Positions 38,400-46,556 of a stretch of DNA of 64,000 nucleotides are shown here, piece by piece. Position 1 is the first letter of the stretch; each line of letters opens with the position of its first letter. The notes below the pieces were generated by a model, which was not told the DNA's origin, searched no databases, and saw only the letters and a program-made list of their open reading frames with translations. The stretch covers positions 56,308 through 120,307 of the forward strand of contig CALAHN010000089.1 of NCBI GenBank assembly GCA_937891825.1, read 5' to 3'. Both the position numbers and the translations under genes were made by a program. Origin of the DNA: an uncultured Alphaproteobacteria bacterium. Lineage in GTDB: Bacteria > Pseudomonadota > Alphaproteobacteria > Bin95.

Positions 38400-38442
38400 C
38401 GTTGAGGCCCTCCCGAGGACATGTTTCCCTTAACGATAACGC

Positions 38443-39444
38443 CTAAAAATCCTGGATGGAAAGCCGGGTCGCGGGCCGAAGGTCGGGCAGCGCGCCGAGC
38501 GCCAGATAATCCCATCCGGCGAGCGCGATCATGGCGCCATTGTCGGTCGCCCATTTGAGCGGCGGCAACGCAAGCGTCACGCCGGCCGCGTCGCAGACCT
38601 CGGCCATCCGCTGCCGCACCTGGGGGCTGGCGGCGACGCCGCCCACGACGACGAGCGCGGCGGCGTCGACGGTCTCCAGCGCCCGGGCGCATTTGACGGC
38701 CAGGACGTCCAGAACGGCGGCGACGAACGATGCGGCGACCGTCGGCGGGTCGATGTCCGGCTGCTCCTGCACCAGGCGGGCGACCGCCGCCTTCAGGCCG
38801 GAAAACGAAAATTCCAGGCCGTCCTTGAGCATCGGCCGGGGGAAGACGATGTCCGGCGTCCCCAGTTTCGCCAGCTTGTCGATGGCGGGGCCGCCGGGAA
38901 AGCCCAGGCCCAGCATGCGCGCGACCTTGTCATAGGCCTCGCCGACGCTGTCGTCGCGGCTTGCCCCCAGGATCGATATGTCCGAAGCGCTGCGCATATG
39001 GGCGAGCATCGTGTGTCCGCCCGAAACAAGCAGCACAAGTGCCGGGAACGGAACGTCGCCGCCTTCGAGCGCGGCGCTCCTGAGATGCCCCCGGAGGTGA
39101 TTGACGCCGATCACCGGCTTGTCCCAGGCCAGGCCCAGGCCAGCCGCCGAATTGACGCCAACCATCAACGGCCCGATCAGGCCGGGGCCGCGGGTGACGG
39201 CGATGGCCCGGATCGCGCTTCGGTCAATATCGGCCAGCGCCAGGGTCTGGCGGATGGTCGGAATGATTTCCGCCGCATGGGCGCGGCTCGCGAGTTCCGG
39301 GAAGACGCCGCCCCATTCGGCATGGATGCGCGTCTGGCTCTGGGTGAGGGCCGCCTTGACGCTGCCGTCGGCCGCAACCAGCGCGACGGCGGTATCGTCG
39401 CAGGAGGATTCGATCCCCAGGATGTAGCGCTCGCGGTCAGCCAT
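38443..39444 (-). CDS. tsaD: TsaD/Kae1 family threonylcarbamoyltransferase homolog (divergent)
   Basis: ILGIESSCDDT, GGVFPELASRAH, GPGL, NHLRGH, VSGGHT, GEAYDK, PGGP, SFSGLK, TDNGAMIA. Confidence 0.92.
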   Translation of the reverse strand: MADRERYILGIESSCDDTAVALVAADGSVKAALTQSQTRIHAEWGGVFPELASRAHAAEIIPTIRQTLALADIDRSAIRAIAVTRGPGLIGPLMVGVNSAAGLGLAWDKPVIGVNHLRGHLRSAALEGGDVPFPALVLLVSGGHTMLAHMRSASDISILGASRDDSVGEAYDKVARMLGLGFPGGPAIDKLAKLGTPDIVFPRPMLKDGLEFSFSGLKAAVARLVQEQPDIDPPTVAASFVAAVLDVLAVKCARALETVDAAALVVVGGVAASPQVRQRMAEVCDAAGVTLALPPLKWATDNGAMIALAGWDYLALGALPDLRPATRLSIQDF

Positions 39445-40036
39445 GGCCCAGTCCAAACTCCGTCAGATCGCAGATCACGCCCCAGCGCAGCACCGTCGGG
39501 GGCGATGTGTTGAAGTTCACGACGGTCGAGGCCGTGCCGCCGAGCCGGCCGGCATCCCAAATGGCGTCCGGCGCGCCGGCAAGGTCCGCCAGGATCGCCG
39601 CCACGGTCGCGCCCGGCGGCTTGCCGTGGGCGTTGGCGCTGGTCGCGAAGAGCGGCCCGGTCTGCGCCAGAACGGCTTGGGCGCGGGGATCGCCGGGAAC
39701 CCGGACGCCGACCTCCTCCCGGTCGGCCAGCCATCCGGGCTTGGCCACCGGGTCGAGCGCCAGGATGAACGTGATCCCCGCCGCCAGCTCGCGCCGACGG
39801 AGCAGCGCCTCGGCAGCTGGGATGACGACGGCGCCGATGGCGGCGGGCGGCAGCCCTTCCGGCAACAGCACCTGGAGATTGAGCGCCGTCGGGCGCTGCT
39901 TCAATTCGAAGATGCGCGGCTTGCCGGTTGCATGGTCCGGATGGCAGACGAGGCCATAGACCGTATCGGTCGGCATCAGCCCAACGCCGCCGCGCTGGAG
40001 GGCTGCCGCCATGGCGTTCGCGTTCGGGTCAGTCAC
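39437..40036 (-). CDS. tsaC: TsaC/YrdC family threonylcarbamoyl-AMP synthase homolog (single domain)
   Basis: PTDTVYGL, KQR, VGVRVP, TSAN, STVV, LRWG; GTG start overlapping the tsaB stop. Confidence 0.88.
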   Translation of the reverse strand: MTDPNANAMAAALQRGGVGLMPTDTVYGLVCHPDHATGKPRIFELKQRPTALNLQVLLPEGLPPAAIGAVVIPAAEALLRRRELAAGITFILALDPVAKPGWLADREEVGVRVPGDPRAQAVLAQTGPLFATSANAHGKPPGATVAAILADLAGAPDAIWDAGRLGGTASTVVNFNTSPPTVLRWGVICDLTEFGLGHG

Positions 40037-40679
40037 GGAGAATCTCCGATTGATCGGTGATTGGTTGGACCGGGGCATAGGGCGTCGCTGGCGTCGCGAG
40101 GCTGATCTGCAGGAAGGTTTCAGCGCGAATCGCGCCGTCCCCGGCGTCGGTCGCCGCAAGCGACGGCGGCAGGCAGGCAGCGTCCGCCGCTGCAAGGCCG
40201 ACGACCGCCGCTTGGCTCAAGCCCGCCGCCGCGGCCGCAAGGGTTTCGGCCAGCGGGCCATGGCGGAGGCGGATGAGCCGGCCGCCGTCGACACGGCCGA
40301 CATAGGCGTTGCCGCCTGCCGATTTATGCACCGTCAGGACGCTCAGCCCAGTCGCGCTGTGAGCCTGAAGTCCGAGGGCGGCGCTCGCGATGACGGGCGT
40401 GACCGGCCGGTCCAGGCCAAAGCCCAGAGCATTGCCGAACGATACGGCCGCGCGGACGGCGCTCAAGCGGCCAGGGCCGATGTCGAGCAGCAGGCGATCG
40501 ATGTCCCCGACCGTCGCGCCGATGGCGGCGAGGCGGGCTTGGGTCATCTCGGTCCAGGTCGCCCCACGGGCCGGATCGGCGACGTCGCTTGTGTCCAGAT
40601 CGTCCAGGGCGACCTTGCCGTCCTGGAGCAGATAGAGCCGAGGCGAGAGTGCCGAAGCGTGAAGACATAAGATCAGCAT
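40029..40679 (-). CDS. tsaB: TsaB/YeaZ-like protein (strongly divergent)
   Basis: DIDRLLLDIGPGRLSAVRAAVSFGNAL aligns with the GPGSFTGxR helix; lies between tsaE and tsaC; 216 aa. Confidence 0.7.
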   Translation of the reverse strand: MLILCLHASALSPRLYLLQDGKVALDDLDTSDVADPARGATWTEMTQARLAAIGATVGDIDRLLLDIGPGRLSAVRAAVSFGNALGFGLDRPVTPVIASAALGLQAHSATGLSVLTVHKSAGGNAYVGRVDGGRLIRLRHGPLAETLAAAAAGLSQAAVVGLAAADAACLPPSLAATDAGDGAIRAETFLQISLATPATPYAPVQPITDQSEILRD

Positions 40680-41170
40680 TGCGCTCTAACGCATTTTAAT
40701 GACGCGGGTAACTCGCACAAGCGATCCTGCCACGCGGCAGCGGTGGACGTGAGCGTCAGGCTTCGGGTCGTCTCGGTTTCGGGCTCCAGTCGGATGTCCA
40801 GCGCAGGCGGTAGGACAGACCTGAACGCCTCGCCCCATTCAACGGCGGTCAGGTGGTCGGCATAGAAATCGTCCAGGCCGAGGTCGGTAAATTCCGCATT
40901 CGATTGAAGCCGGTAGGCGTCGATGTGGAGCAAGGGCAGCCGCGCCGACCGATAGAAATGGGCGAGCGAAAATGTCGGGCTCGTGACGGCGTCAGCGCTC
41001 CCGAGCGCCGCCGCCAGGGCTTGCACGAACGTCGTCTTGCCGGCAGCCAGCGGCCCGGACAGGATAATGACGTCGCCCGGTCGGCTGAGGCGGGCGATGG
41101 CGGCCGCGACGGCGGCGAGACGATCGCGGTCGAGGCCGGGCAAGGCGAGGGATGCTTGAGGGTGTTTCAT
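40673..41170 (-). CDS. tsaE: TsaE/YjeE family ATPase
   Basis: LSGPLAAGKTT, VTSPTF, HIDAYRL, VEWGE; start 41170 or 41221. Confidence 0.93.
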   Translation of the reverse strand: MKHPQASLALPGLDRDRLAAVAAAIARLSRPGDVIILSGPLAAGKTTFVQALAAALGSADAVTSPTFSLAHFYRSARLPLLHIDAYRLQSNAEFTDLGLDDFYADHLTAVEWGEAFRSVLPPALDIRLEPETETTRSLTLTSTAAAWQDRLCELPASLKCVRAQC

Positions 41171-41321
41171 AAGGGCCGATATGGGTGCGGAAGGCGCGGA
41201 AACTAGCGTCTGAGGCTCCATGTGCCAAGGCGGCGGCGTGTTGAGGCATTTGGGGGCGCTGCTTGCAATCAGGCGCCCTGTCCCTATGATCCGCGACCCT
41301 CACAGGCCCGGATTTTCGTCG

Positions 41322-42272
41322 ATGATGAACCTCGAAGCTTTCCGAAATTTGCCGCACGCGATATCGCTGCTCGGCATGTCGGGCGTTGGCAAGACCACGC
41401 TCTCGAAAGCCCTGCGGTCGAGCGCCAACTGGTATCACTATTCCGCCGACTACCGGATCGGGACGCGCTATCTTTCCGAGCCGATTCTCGACAATATCAA
41501 ATACAAGATCATGGCGATGGATGATCAATTCGTCGCCAATCTGCTGCGGTCGGACTCGATCTTCATCGCCCACAATATTTCGGTCGACAATCTGGAGCCG
41601 GTTTCGACCTTCCTTGGCATGTATGGCGATCCGGCGCTCGGCGGCCTGGACAAGGAAGATTTCCTGGAGCGGCAGGAGCTGTATCGTCGGGGCGAAGTGC
41701 AGTCGATGCGGGATGTGCCGCATTTCATCCGGAAAGCCTGGAACATTTACGAGTGCAATTGCTTCGTCAACGATGCGAGCGGGTCGCTCTGCGAAATCGT
41801 GACGCCGGACGATCCGGCGGATCCGGTCATCAAGGCGCTGACCGATCACACCCTGCTGCTCTATATCCAAGCCGACGCGGGCGCCGAGGAAGCTTTGAAA
41901 GAAAGGGCGCGGACCCATCCGAAGCCCTTGTTTTATAATCCGGAATTCATTGAGCCGAAGCTCGCCGGCATGCCGGAAGGCGGCGAAGGCGTCGACCCGA
42001 TCGGCTTCGCGCGCCCGCTCTTCCCAGAACTGCTTGAGTTTCGCAAACCGCGATATAGTTCGATGGCGCAATCCTTCGGCGTATCGATCAAGGCGGCGGA
42101 GCTGTTCGGGCCGAATTCGGACCAGACCCCATCGGCCGATGCGTTCGTCGAGATTGTGCACAGGGCGCTCAGGCGGGAGGTCCAGTGCAATCCCAATGGC
42201 GCCGCCACGTTTGAGCGTTATCTGAAGGCCTGCGCAGGTCGTGCGGCCTACCGGCAGGGCGCGGGAGCTTAG
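41322..42272 (+). CDS. Uncharacterised P-loop protein (kinase-like ATPase)
   Basis: LLGMSGVGKTT Walker A at the N-terminus, YHYSADYRIGTRY, NDASGSLCE, HPKPLFY; start uncertain. Confidence 0.75.
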   Translation: MMNLEAFRNLPHAISLLGMSGVGKTTLSKALRSSANWYHYSADYRIGTRYLSEPILDNIKYKIMAMDDQFVANLLRSDSIFIAHNISVDNLEPVSTFLGMYGDPALGGLDKEDFLERQELYRRGEVQSMRDVPHFIRKAWNIYECNCFVNDASGSLCEIVTPDDPADPVIKALTDHTLLLYIQADAGAEEALKERARTHPKPLFYNPEFIEPKLAGMPEGGEGVDPIGFARPLFPELLEFRKPRYSSMAQSFGVSIKAAELFGPNSDQTPSADAFVEIVHRALRREVQCNPNGAATFERYLKACAGRAAYRQGAGA

Positions 42273-42277
42273 CTGAG

Positions 42278-43180
42278 ATGTCGGTCATTCTACCGGGCGA
42301 ACTGCCCGCATTGGCAGCGCTGCTGGATGAAGGCGTCGACGCGCGTGCTGCGCCGGCGATCGACGCGCCTGGGCGGCGGCTTGAGATCGCAATCTTCAAC
42401 CTGATGCCGAAGAAGCTGGAAACCGAACTTCAACTGGCGCGGATGCTCGGCCGCTCCGCCGGCGCCGTCGCGCTGACCTTCGCCGCTCCGAACGCCTATG
42501 CGGGCAAGAACGCGCCGGATGGCCATCTCGACCGATTTTATCGCCGGTGGCGGGACCTCCGGCATTCGGCGTTCGATGCGGTCATCATCACCGGCGCGCC
42601 GATCGAGACCATGCCGTTCGAAGAGGTGAGCTACTGGGATGAAATCGCCGAAGCCCTGGATTGGATCAAGACGGGCAGGGATGGCGCGCCATTGCCGCTT
42701 TTGAGCCTCTGTTGGGGCGCGCAAGCGGCGCTCTATCGCTATTACGGCGTGCCCAAGCGCGATTTGTCGGCGAAGAAATTCGGGGTCTTTCCCCATGACC
42801 TGGCCGATCCCGCAAGCCCGTTCCTGCAGGCCCTGGACGACCAGCCGACCATGCCCGTTTCACGCTGGACCGAGACCCAGATCGAGGACCTGAAGGCCTT
42901 GCCGCATCTTCGGCCATTGCTGATTTCGAAGGAATCCGGCCTCGGCGCGCTTGTAGATGAGCGCATGGGGCATCTGCATATCTTGAACCACTTCGAATAT
43001 GACGCCTTGACCCTGGACGCGGAATATCGGCGCGACCTCGAAAAGGGCTTGGCGATCAGGCCGCCGGAGCACTATTACCCCGGTGACGATCCATCCAAGC
43101 CGCCGCCGCACACCTGGCGCGCCAATGCGCAGACGTTTTATGGCAATTGGGTGCGCTGGCTGCTGGAGCGGCGAGGTTAG
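42278..43180 (+). CDS. metA: Homoserine O-acyltransferase, MetA family (probably acetyltransferase)
   Basis: NLMPKK..TE, IITGAPIE, LCWGAQA catalytic Cys, SRWTE, HFEYD..TL..EY.RD. Confidence 0.92.
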   Translation: MSVILPGELPALAALLDEGVDARAAPAIDAPGRRLEIAIFNLMPKKLETELQLARMLGRSAGAVALTFAAPNAYAGKNAPDGHLDRFYRRWRDLRHSAFDAVIITGAPIETMPFEEVSYWDEIAEALDWIKTGRDGAPLPLLSLCWGAQAALYRYYGVPKRDLSAKKFGVFPHDLADPASPFLQALDDQPTMPVSRWTETQIEDLKALPHLRPLLISKESGLGALVDERMGHLHILNHFEYDALTLDAEYRRDLEKGLAIRPPEHYYPGDDPSKPPPHTWRANAQTFYGNWVRWLLERRG

Positions 43181-43211
43181 ATCGCTGAAAGCGCTCTTCT
43201 AAGCCGGGCTG

Positions 43212-44006
43212 CTAAATCGGTCTTGGCCGTTCGACGCGCGCGACCGTCAGAACGTCGACGGCGGCCGCCCCGGCTTGTTTCAGGGTGGCGGCCGCGCGCT
43301 CGGCCGTCGCTCCGGTCGTCAGGACGTCATCGATCAACAGCACGCGCTTGCCGGCGAGCATCGCCTGGCGGCGCGGATTTATCTGGAAGGCGCCGGCGAC
43401 ATTCCGACGCCGCTGCCCAGCGGAGAGGCCGCTTTGGCTCGGCCGCGCTTTCGGGCGCAGCAGCAAGTCCGGCGCATAGGCGATCCCCTGGCGCCGGGCG
43501 AGCGCTCTGGCCATCTCCGCCGCCTGATTGAAGCGCCGCCAGAGCAGGCGCCGCCAATGGAGCGGCGTCGGCGCGATAAGGTCCGCATCGGCAATCAGCG
43601 CGCCGCCGGCGCTTTCCAGCCAGCGCACGAAAAGCGGCGTCGCCTCAAGGCGGCCGACATGCTTGAAGGCGAGGATCAGGCTGCTGCTCGCGTCATCATA
43701 GGCAAGCGCCGCCCGGGCGCGGTCGAACCTGGGCGGGCGGCTGAGACACGCGCTGCAGAGGCCGCCTGGCTCAGCCCCCTCCGCCAGCAAGCCCAGGCCG
43801 CAGCGGGCGCATACAGGTTCGACGACGAAGGCGAGGCCGGTCCAACAGGTCGAACAGATGCTGGACGCGGACGCGACTTCGATCCCGCAGCCCAGGCAGC
43901 GCGGCGGGATCAGAAAGTCGAGCGCGCGGTTCGGCCAGCGGCTTAGAAAGCCCGGAAACTGACCAGATCGTCCCGCTCGACTTGCTTGATCAAGTCGATT
44001 TCCCAC
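43212..44006 (-). CDS. comF: ComF family protein (double Zn-ribbon plus PRTase domain)
   Basis: CxxC pairs, PLHWRRL..RRFNQA, RRRNVAGAF, LIDDVLTTGAT; start uncertain. Confidence 0.9.
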   Translation of the reverse strand: MGNRLDQASRAGRSGQFPGFLSRWPNRALDFLIPPRCLGCGIEVASASSICSTCWTGLAFVVEPVCARCGLGLLAEGAEPGGLCSACLSRPPRFDRARAALAYDDASSSLILAFKHVGRLEATPLFVRWLESAGGALIADADLIAPTPLHWRRLLWRRFNQAAEMARALARRQGIAYAPDLLLRPKARPSQSGLSAGQRRRNVAGAFQINPRRQAMLAGKRVLLIDDVLTTGATAERAAATLKQAGAAAVDVLTVARVERPRPI

Positions 44007-45532
44007 GTGAGATACTCTTTCATGAAATCTTCGACGACGCCCTTGCGTTCATAGGGTTTCAGCCAGACATCGTCCGGCTCGTCCGCATGGTTGGTTTCGC
44101 CGGTTTCCAGCACATTGCCCGCGGCTGTCCAGGCTGGCGTCCCCCCGGCGAGCGCCGCCGCCGGTTTGCCCGTCAAGGCCGCCAGTTCTGCCGCCGCATA
44201 GCGCGCGACGACCCCATCTTCCGATGTCGCGATATATCCGGGCGCCGATGGCAGCTTGGCGATCGCCGTATCGAGCCGGGCGCGCGTCGTCCACCAGGCG
44301 CCCGGAATATGGCCAAGGCGGTAGTCCCGGCTGGTCGCGACATCGACCGCGATCCAGCCAAGGTCGAGCTTGGCCTTGACCGCGGCGGCGTCGAGCATCG
44401 TGACGTCCGGCGCGCCAAGCGGCGCCAGCGGGCGCTTGCCGGTCAGGAGGCCGGTCTCGGGCAGCCCGCCCGCCAGGACGTAGACGTCCCAGTGCATCTG
44501 CGTCAGCCAATGGGCGGCCATCGTGGCGCGGACCAGATTGCCATCGTCGACCAGCACCAGGCGCGCGCCGCGCACGCCCGCATAGCGGTCGGTCGCCTGC
44601 ACCAGTTGCCCGCCGGGCGCGGAAATCGACCCGGCCATGTGTCCGGCTTCATATTCGAAGGGATGGCGCACATCGAGCAGGAAGGTCGTGCGCGTCTCAT
44701 CGGCGAGCCATTTCTGCGCATCGGCCAGGGGGACTTCAGCCACATTGAAGCGCTTCGCCACGTTCGACGCCCGCGCGCGGGCCTTGGCGACGGCGGCGGC
44801 GGAGAGCGACAGGCCCGCGAGCTTCTCGTTGCCATGCTCAAGCTGGAAGCCCGAGAGATGCCACCCCATGGTGCCATTGCGGAGCGCCACGACCTTGTTC
44901 TCGACGCCTGCATTGATCAGCGATTGCGCGCCGATGATCGAGCGGGTCCGGCCGGCGCAATTGACGACGATGGTCGTGTCCGGGTCCGGCGCCAGATCCT
45001 GAATGCGATAGACCAGCTCGCCGCCTGGGCAGCAGGACGCGCTCGGGATGTTCATGACGTTGTATTCGTCCATCGGCCGACTATCGACGACGATCATTTT
45101 TTCGCCGCCGTCCATCATCGCCTTCAACTCCTCGGCGCTGACCGAGGGCGTGCCGAAATGATGCTCGACGAATTCGCCGAATGCCTTGGATGGCACATTG
45201 AAGCCGCTGTAGACCTCATAGCCGGCAGCGCCCCAGCCCTTCGTTCCGCCTTCCAGGATCGCGACATCGGAATAGCCGAGCGCTTCAAGGCGGGCGGGGG
45301 CCTTCGCGGCGTAGCCTTCGTCCTGGCCGCCATCGGTCAGGACGACGGTCGTCCCGAGGCGCGGCACGAGATCGCCGATCATCACTTCCAGCCGGCCGAG
45401 GGGAACGGAGATCGCGTGCATCAGATGCCCGTCGGAGAACGCGCGCTCGCCGCGCACGTCGACAACGGCATATTCGGCGGCGCCTGCCGCGATGAGGTCA
45501 TGGAGCGCGCGTGGGGCGATGGTCTTGGTCAT
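43943..45532 (-). CDS. Four-domain rhodanese-like sulfurtransferase
   Basis: Repeated DVR..F..GH / DSRP..EY / DVR..EY.AGH / GHIPGA motifs; CAGRTRS loop in repeat 2. Confidence 0.88.
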   Translation of the reverse strand: MTKTIAPRALHDLIAAGAAEYAVVDVRGERAFSDGHLMHAISVPLGRLEVMIGDLVPRLGTTVVLTDGGQDEGYAAKAPARLEALGYSDVAILEGGTKGWGAAGYEVYSGFNVPSKAFGEFVEHHFGTPSVSAEELKAMMDGGEKMIVVDSRPMDEYNVMNIPSASCCPGGELVYRIQDLAPDPDTTIVVNCAGRTRSIIGAQSLINAGVENKVVALRNGTMGWHLSGFQLEHGNEKLAGLSLSAAAVAKARARASNVAKRFNVAEVPLADAQKWLADETRTTFLLDVRHPFEYEAGHMAGSISAPGGQLVQATDRYAGVRGARLVLVDDGNLVRATMAAHWLTQMHWDVYVLAGGLPETGLLTGKRPLAPLGAPDVTMLDAAAVKAKLDLGWIAVDVATSRDYRLGHIPGAWWTTRARLDTAIAKLPSAPGYIATSEDGVVARYAAAELAALTGKPAAALAGGTPAWTAAGNVLETGETNHADEPDDVWLKPYERKGVVEDFMKEYLTWEIDLIKQVERDDLVSFRAF

Positions 45533-45572
45533 ATGGCGGGTCTCTGCTGTTTCAGGAGCGTTCGGGGCATGC

Positions 45573-45642
45573 TAGATCAAACCGCGCTCAGGCGGAAACG
45601 CCATCGAGCAGACAGTTCGATCGCTCACAATGACGTAGAGCG
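45573..45642. repeat. Partial, degenerate copy of the 105-bp palindromic element
   Basis: TAGATCAAACC..AGGCGGAAACGCC..TTCGATCG..CAAT..GTAGAGC matches the first 70 nt of the 56346 copy. Confidence 0.7.
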
Positions 45643-45673
45643 AGGCCGCTGAAACAACTGCAATGGCGTGATG

Positions 45674-46552
45674 ATGGCCGAGACGCCCCGCATTTTCGAC
45701 CGCGCGCTTGTCCGCCGCCGCCGCGTGCGGCATGCCGCGAGCTTGCCGGACGCCGATTTCCTCCTCCGCGAGATCGCCGAGCGGCTGGCGGAGCGGCTGG
45801 ACGATCTGACAGCGGCGTTTCCGACGGCCGTGGCGCTGGGCGCCCGGGGCGGCATCGCACGGGACGCGCTGGCGGGGCGGGGCGGGATCAGGACCTTGAT
45901 CGAAGCGGACCTGGACGTCCGTGCGCTTGCCCCGGGCGGTCTGCGGCTGGCGGCCGACGCCGAGGCCGCGCCATTCGCCGATCGGTCGCTCGACCTGATT
46001 TTCGCGGCCGCCGACCTGCATGTGACGAACGACCTGCCGGGCGCATTGATCCAGTGCCGCCGGGCGCTCCGCCCGGACGGGCTGTTTCTTGGCGCGATCT
46101 TCGGCCCGGCGACGCTGCTGCCTGTCCGACAAGCATTCCTCGAGGCTGAGGCGGCGCTCGGCGCGCCGTCGTCCCCCCATGTCGCGCCCTATGTCGATAT
46201 CCGGGATGCGGCCGGGCTCTTGCAGAGGGCTGGGTTCGCCCTGCCGGTCGCGGATACCGAGATCATTACCGTCTCCTACGCGGAGCCCTTCAAGGCGCTT
46301 GCCGATCTCAGGCAGATGGGGGAGGCGAACGTGTTGATGGAACGGAGCCGCCGTCCGCTCCGCCGCGATGTCCTGATGGCCGCCATGACGCGGCTCCAGG
46401 CGACCGCGGCGGGCGCCGGCGGCCGCCTCGCGATCCCGTACGAGATTGTGTTCCTGACCGGCTGGGCGCCCGCGCCGACCCAACAGAAGCCGCTGGCGCG
46501 CGGCAGCGGCCAGGTCAGCCTGATCGACGCCTTGAAGCCGAAAGACCAGTAG
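45674..46552 (+). CDS. SAM-dependent methyltransferase (BioC/NDUFAF5-like)
   Basis: IFDR, DFLLREIAERL.ERL, NDLPGAL, LRPDGLF, LLQRAGFALPVAD, GWAP..QQKPL.RGS. Confidence 0.9.
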   Translation: MAETPRIFDRALVRRRRVRHAASLPDADFLLREIAERLAERLDDLTAAFPTAVALGARGGIARDALAGRGGIRTLIEADLDVRALAPGGLRLAADAEAAPFADRSLDLIFAAADLHVTNDLPGALIQCRRALRPDGLFLGAIFGPATLLPVRQAFLEAEAALGAPSSPHVAPYVDIRDAAGLLQRAGFALPVADTEIITVSYAEPFKALADLRQMGEANVLMERSRRPLRRDVLMAAMTRLQATAAGAGGRLAIPYEIVFLTGWAPAPTQQKPLARGSGQVSLIDALKPKDQ

Positions 46553-46556
46553 CCGA

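Noticed and set aside
37500-41300. Integrase, att sites or IS ends bounding the tsa block
   Set aside because: No mobility gene or flanking direct repeat was visible; horizontal origin remains an inference from gene order and motifs.
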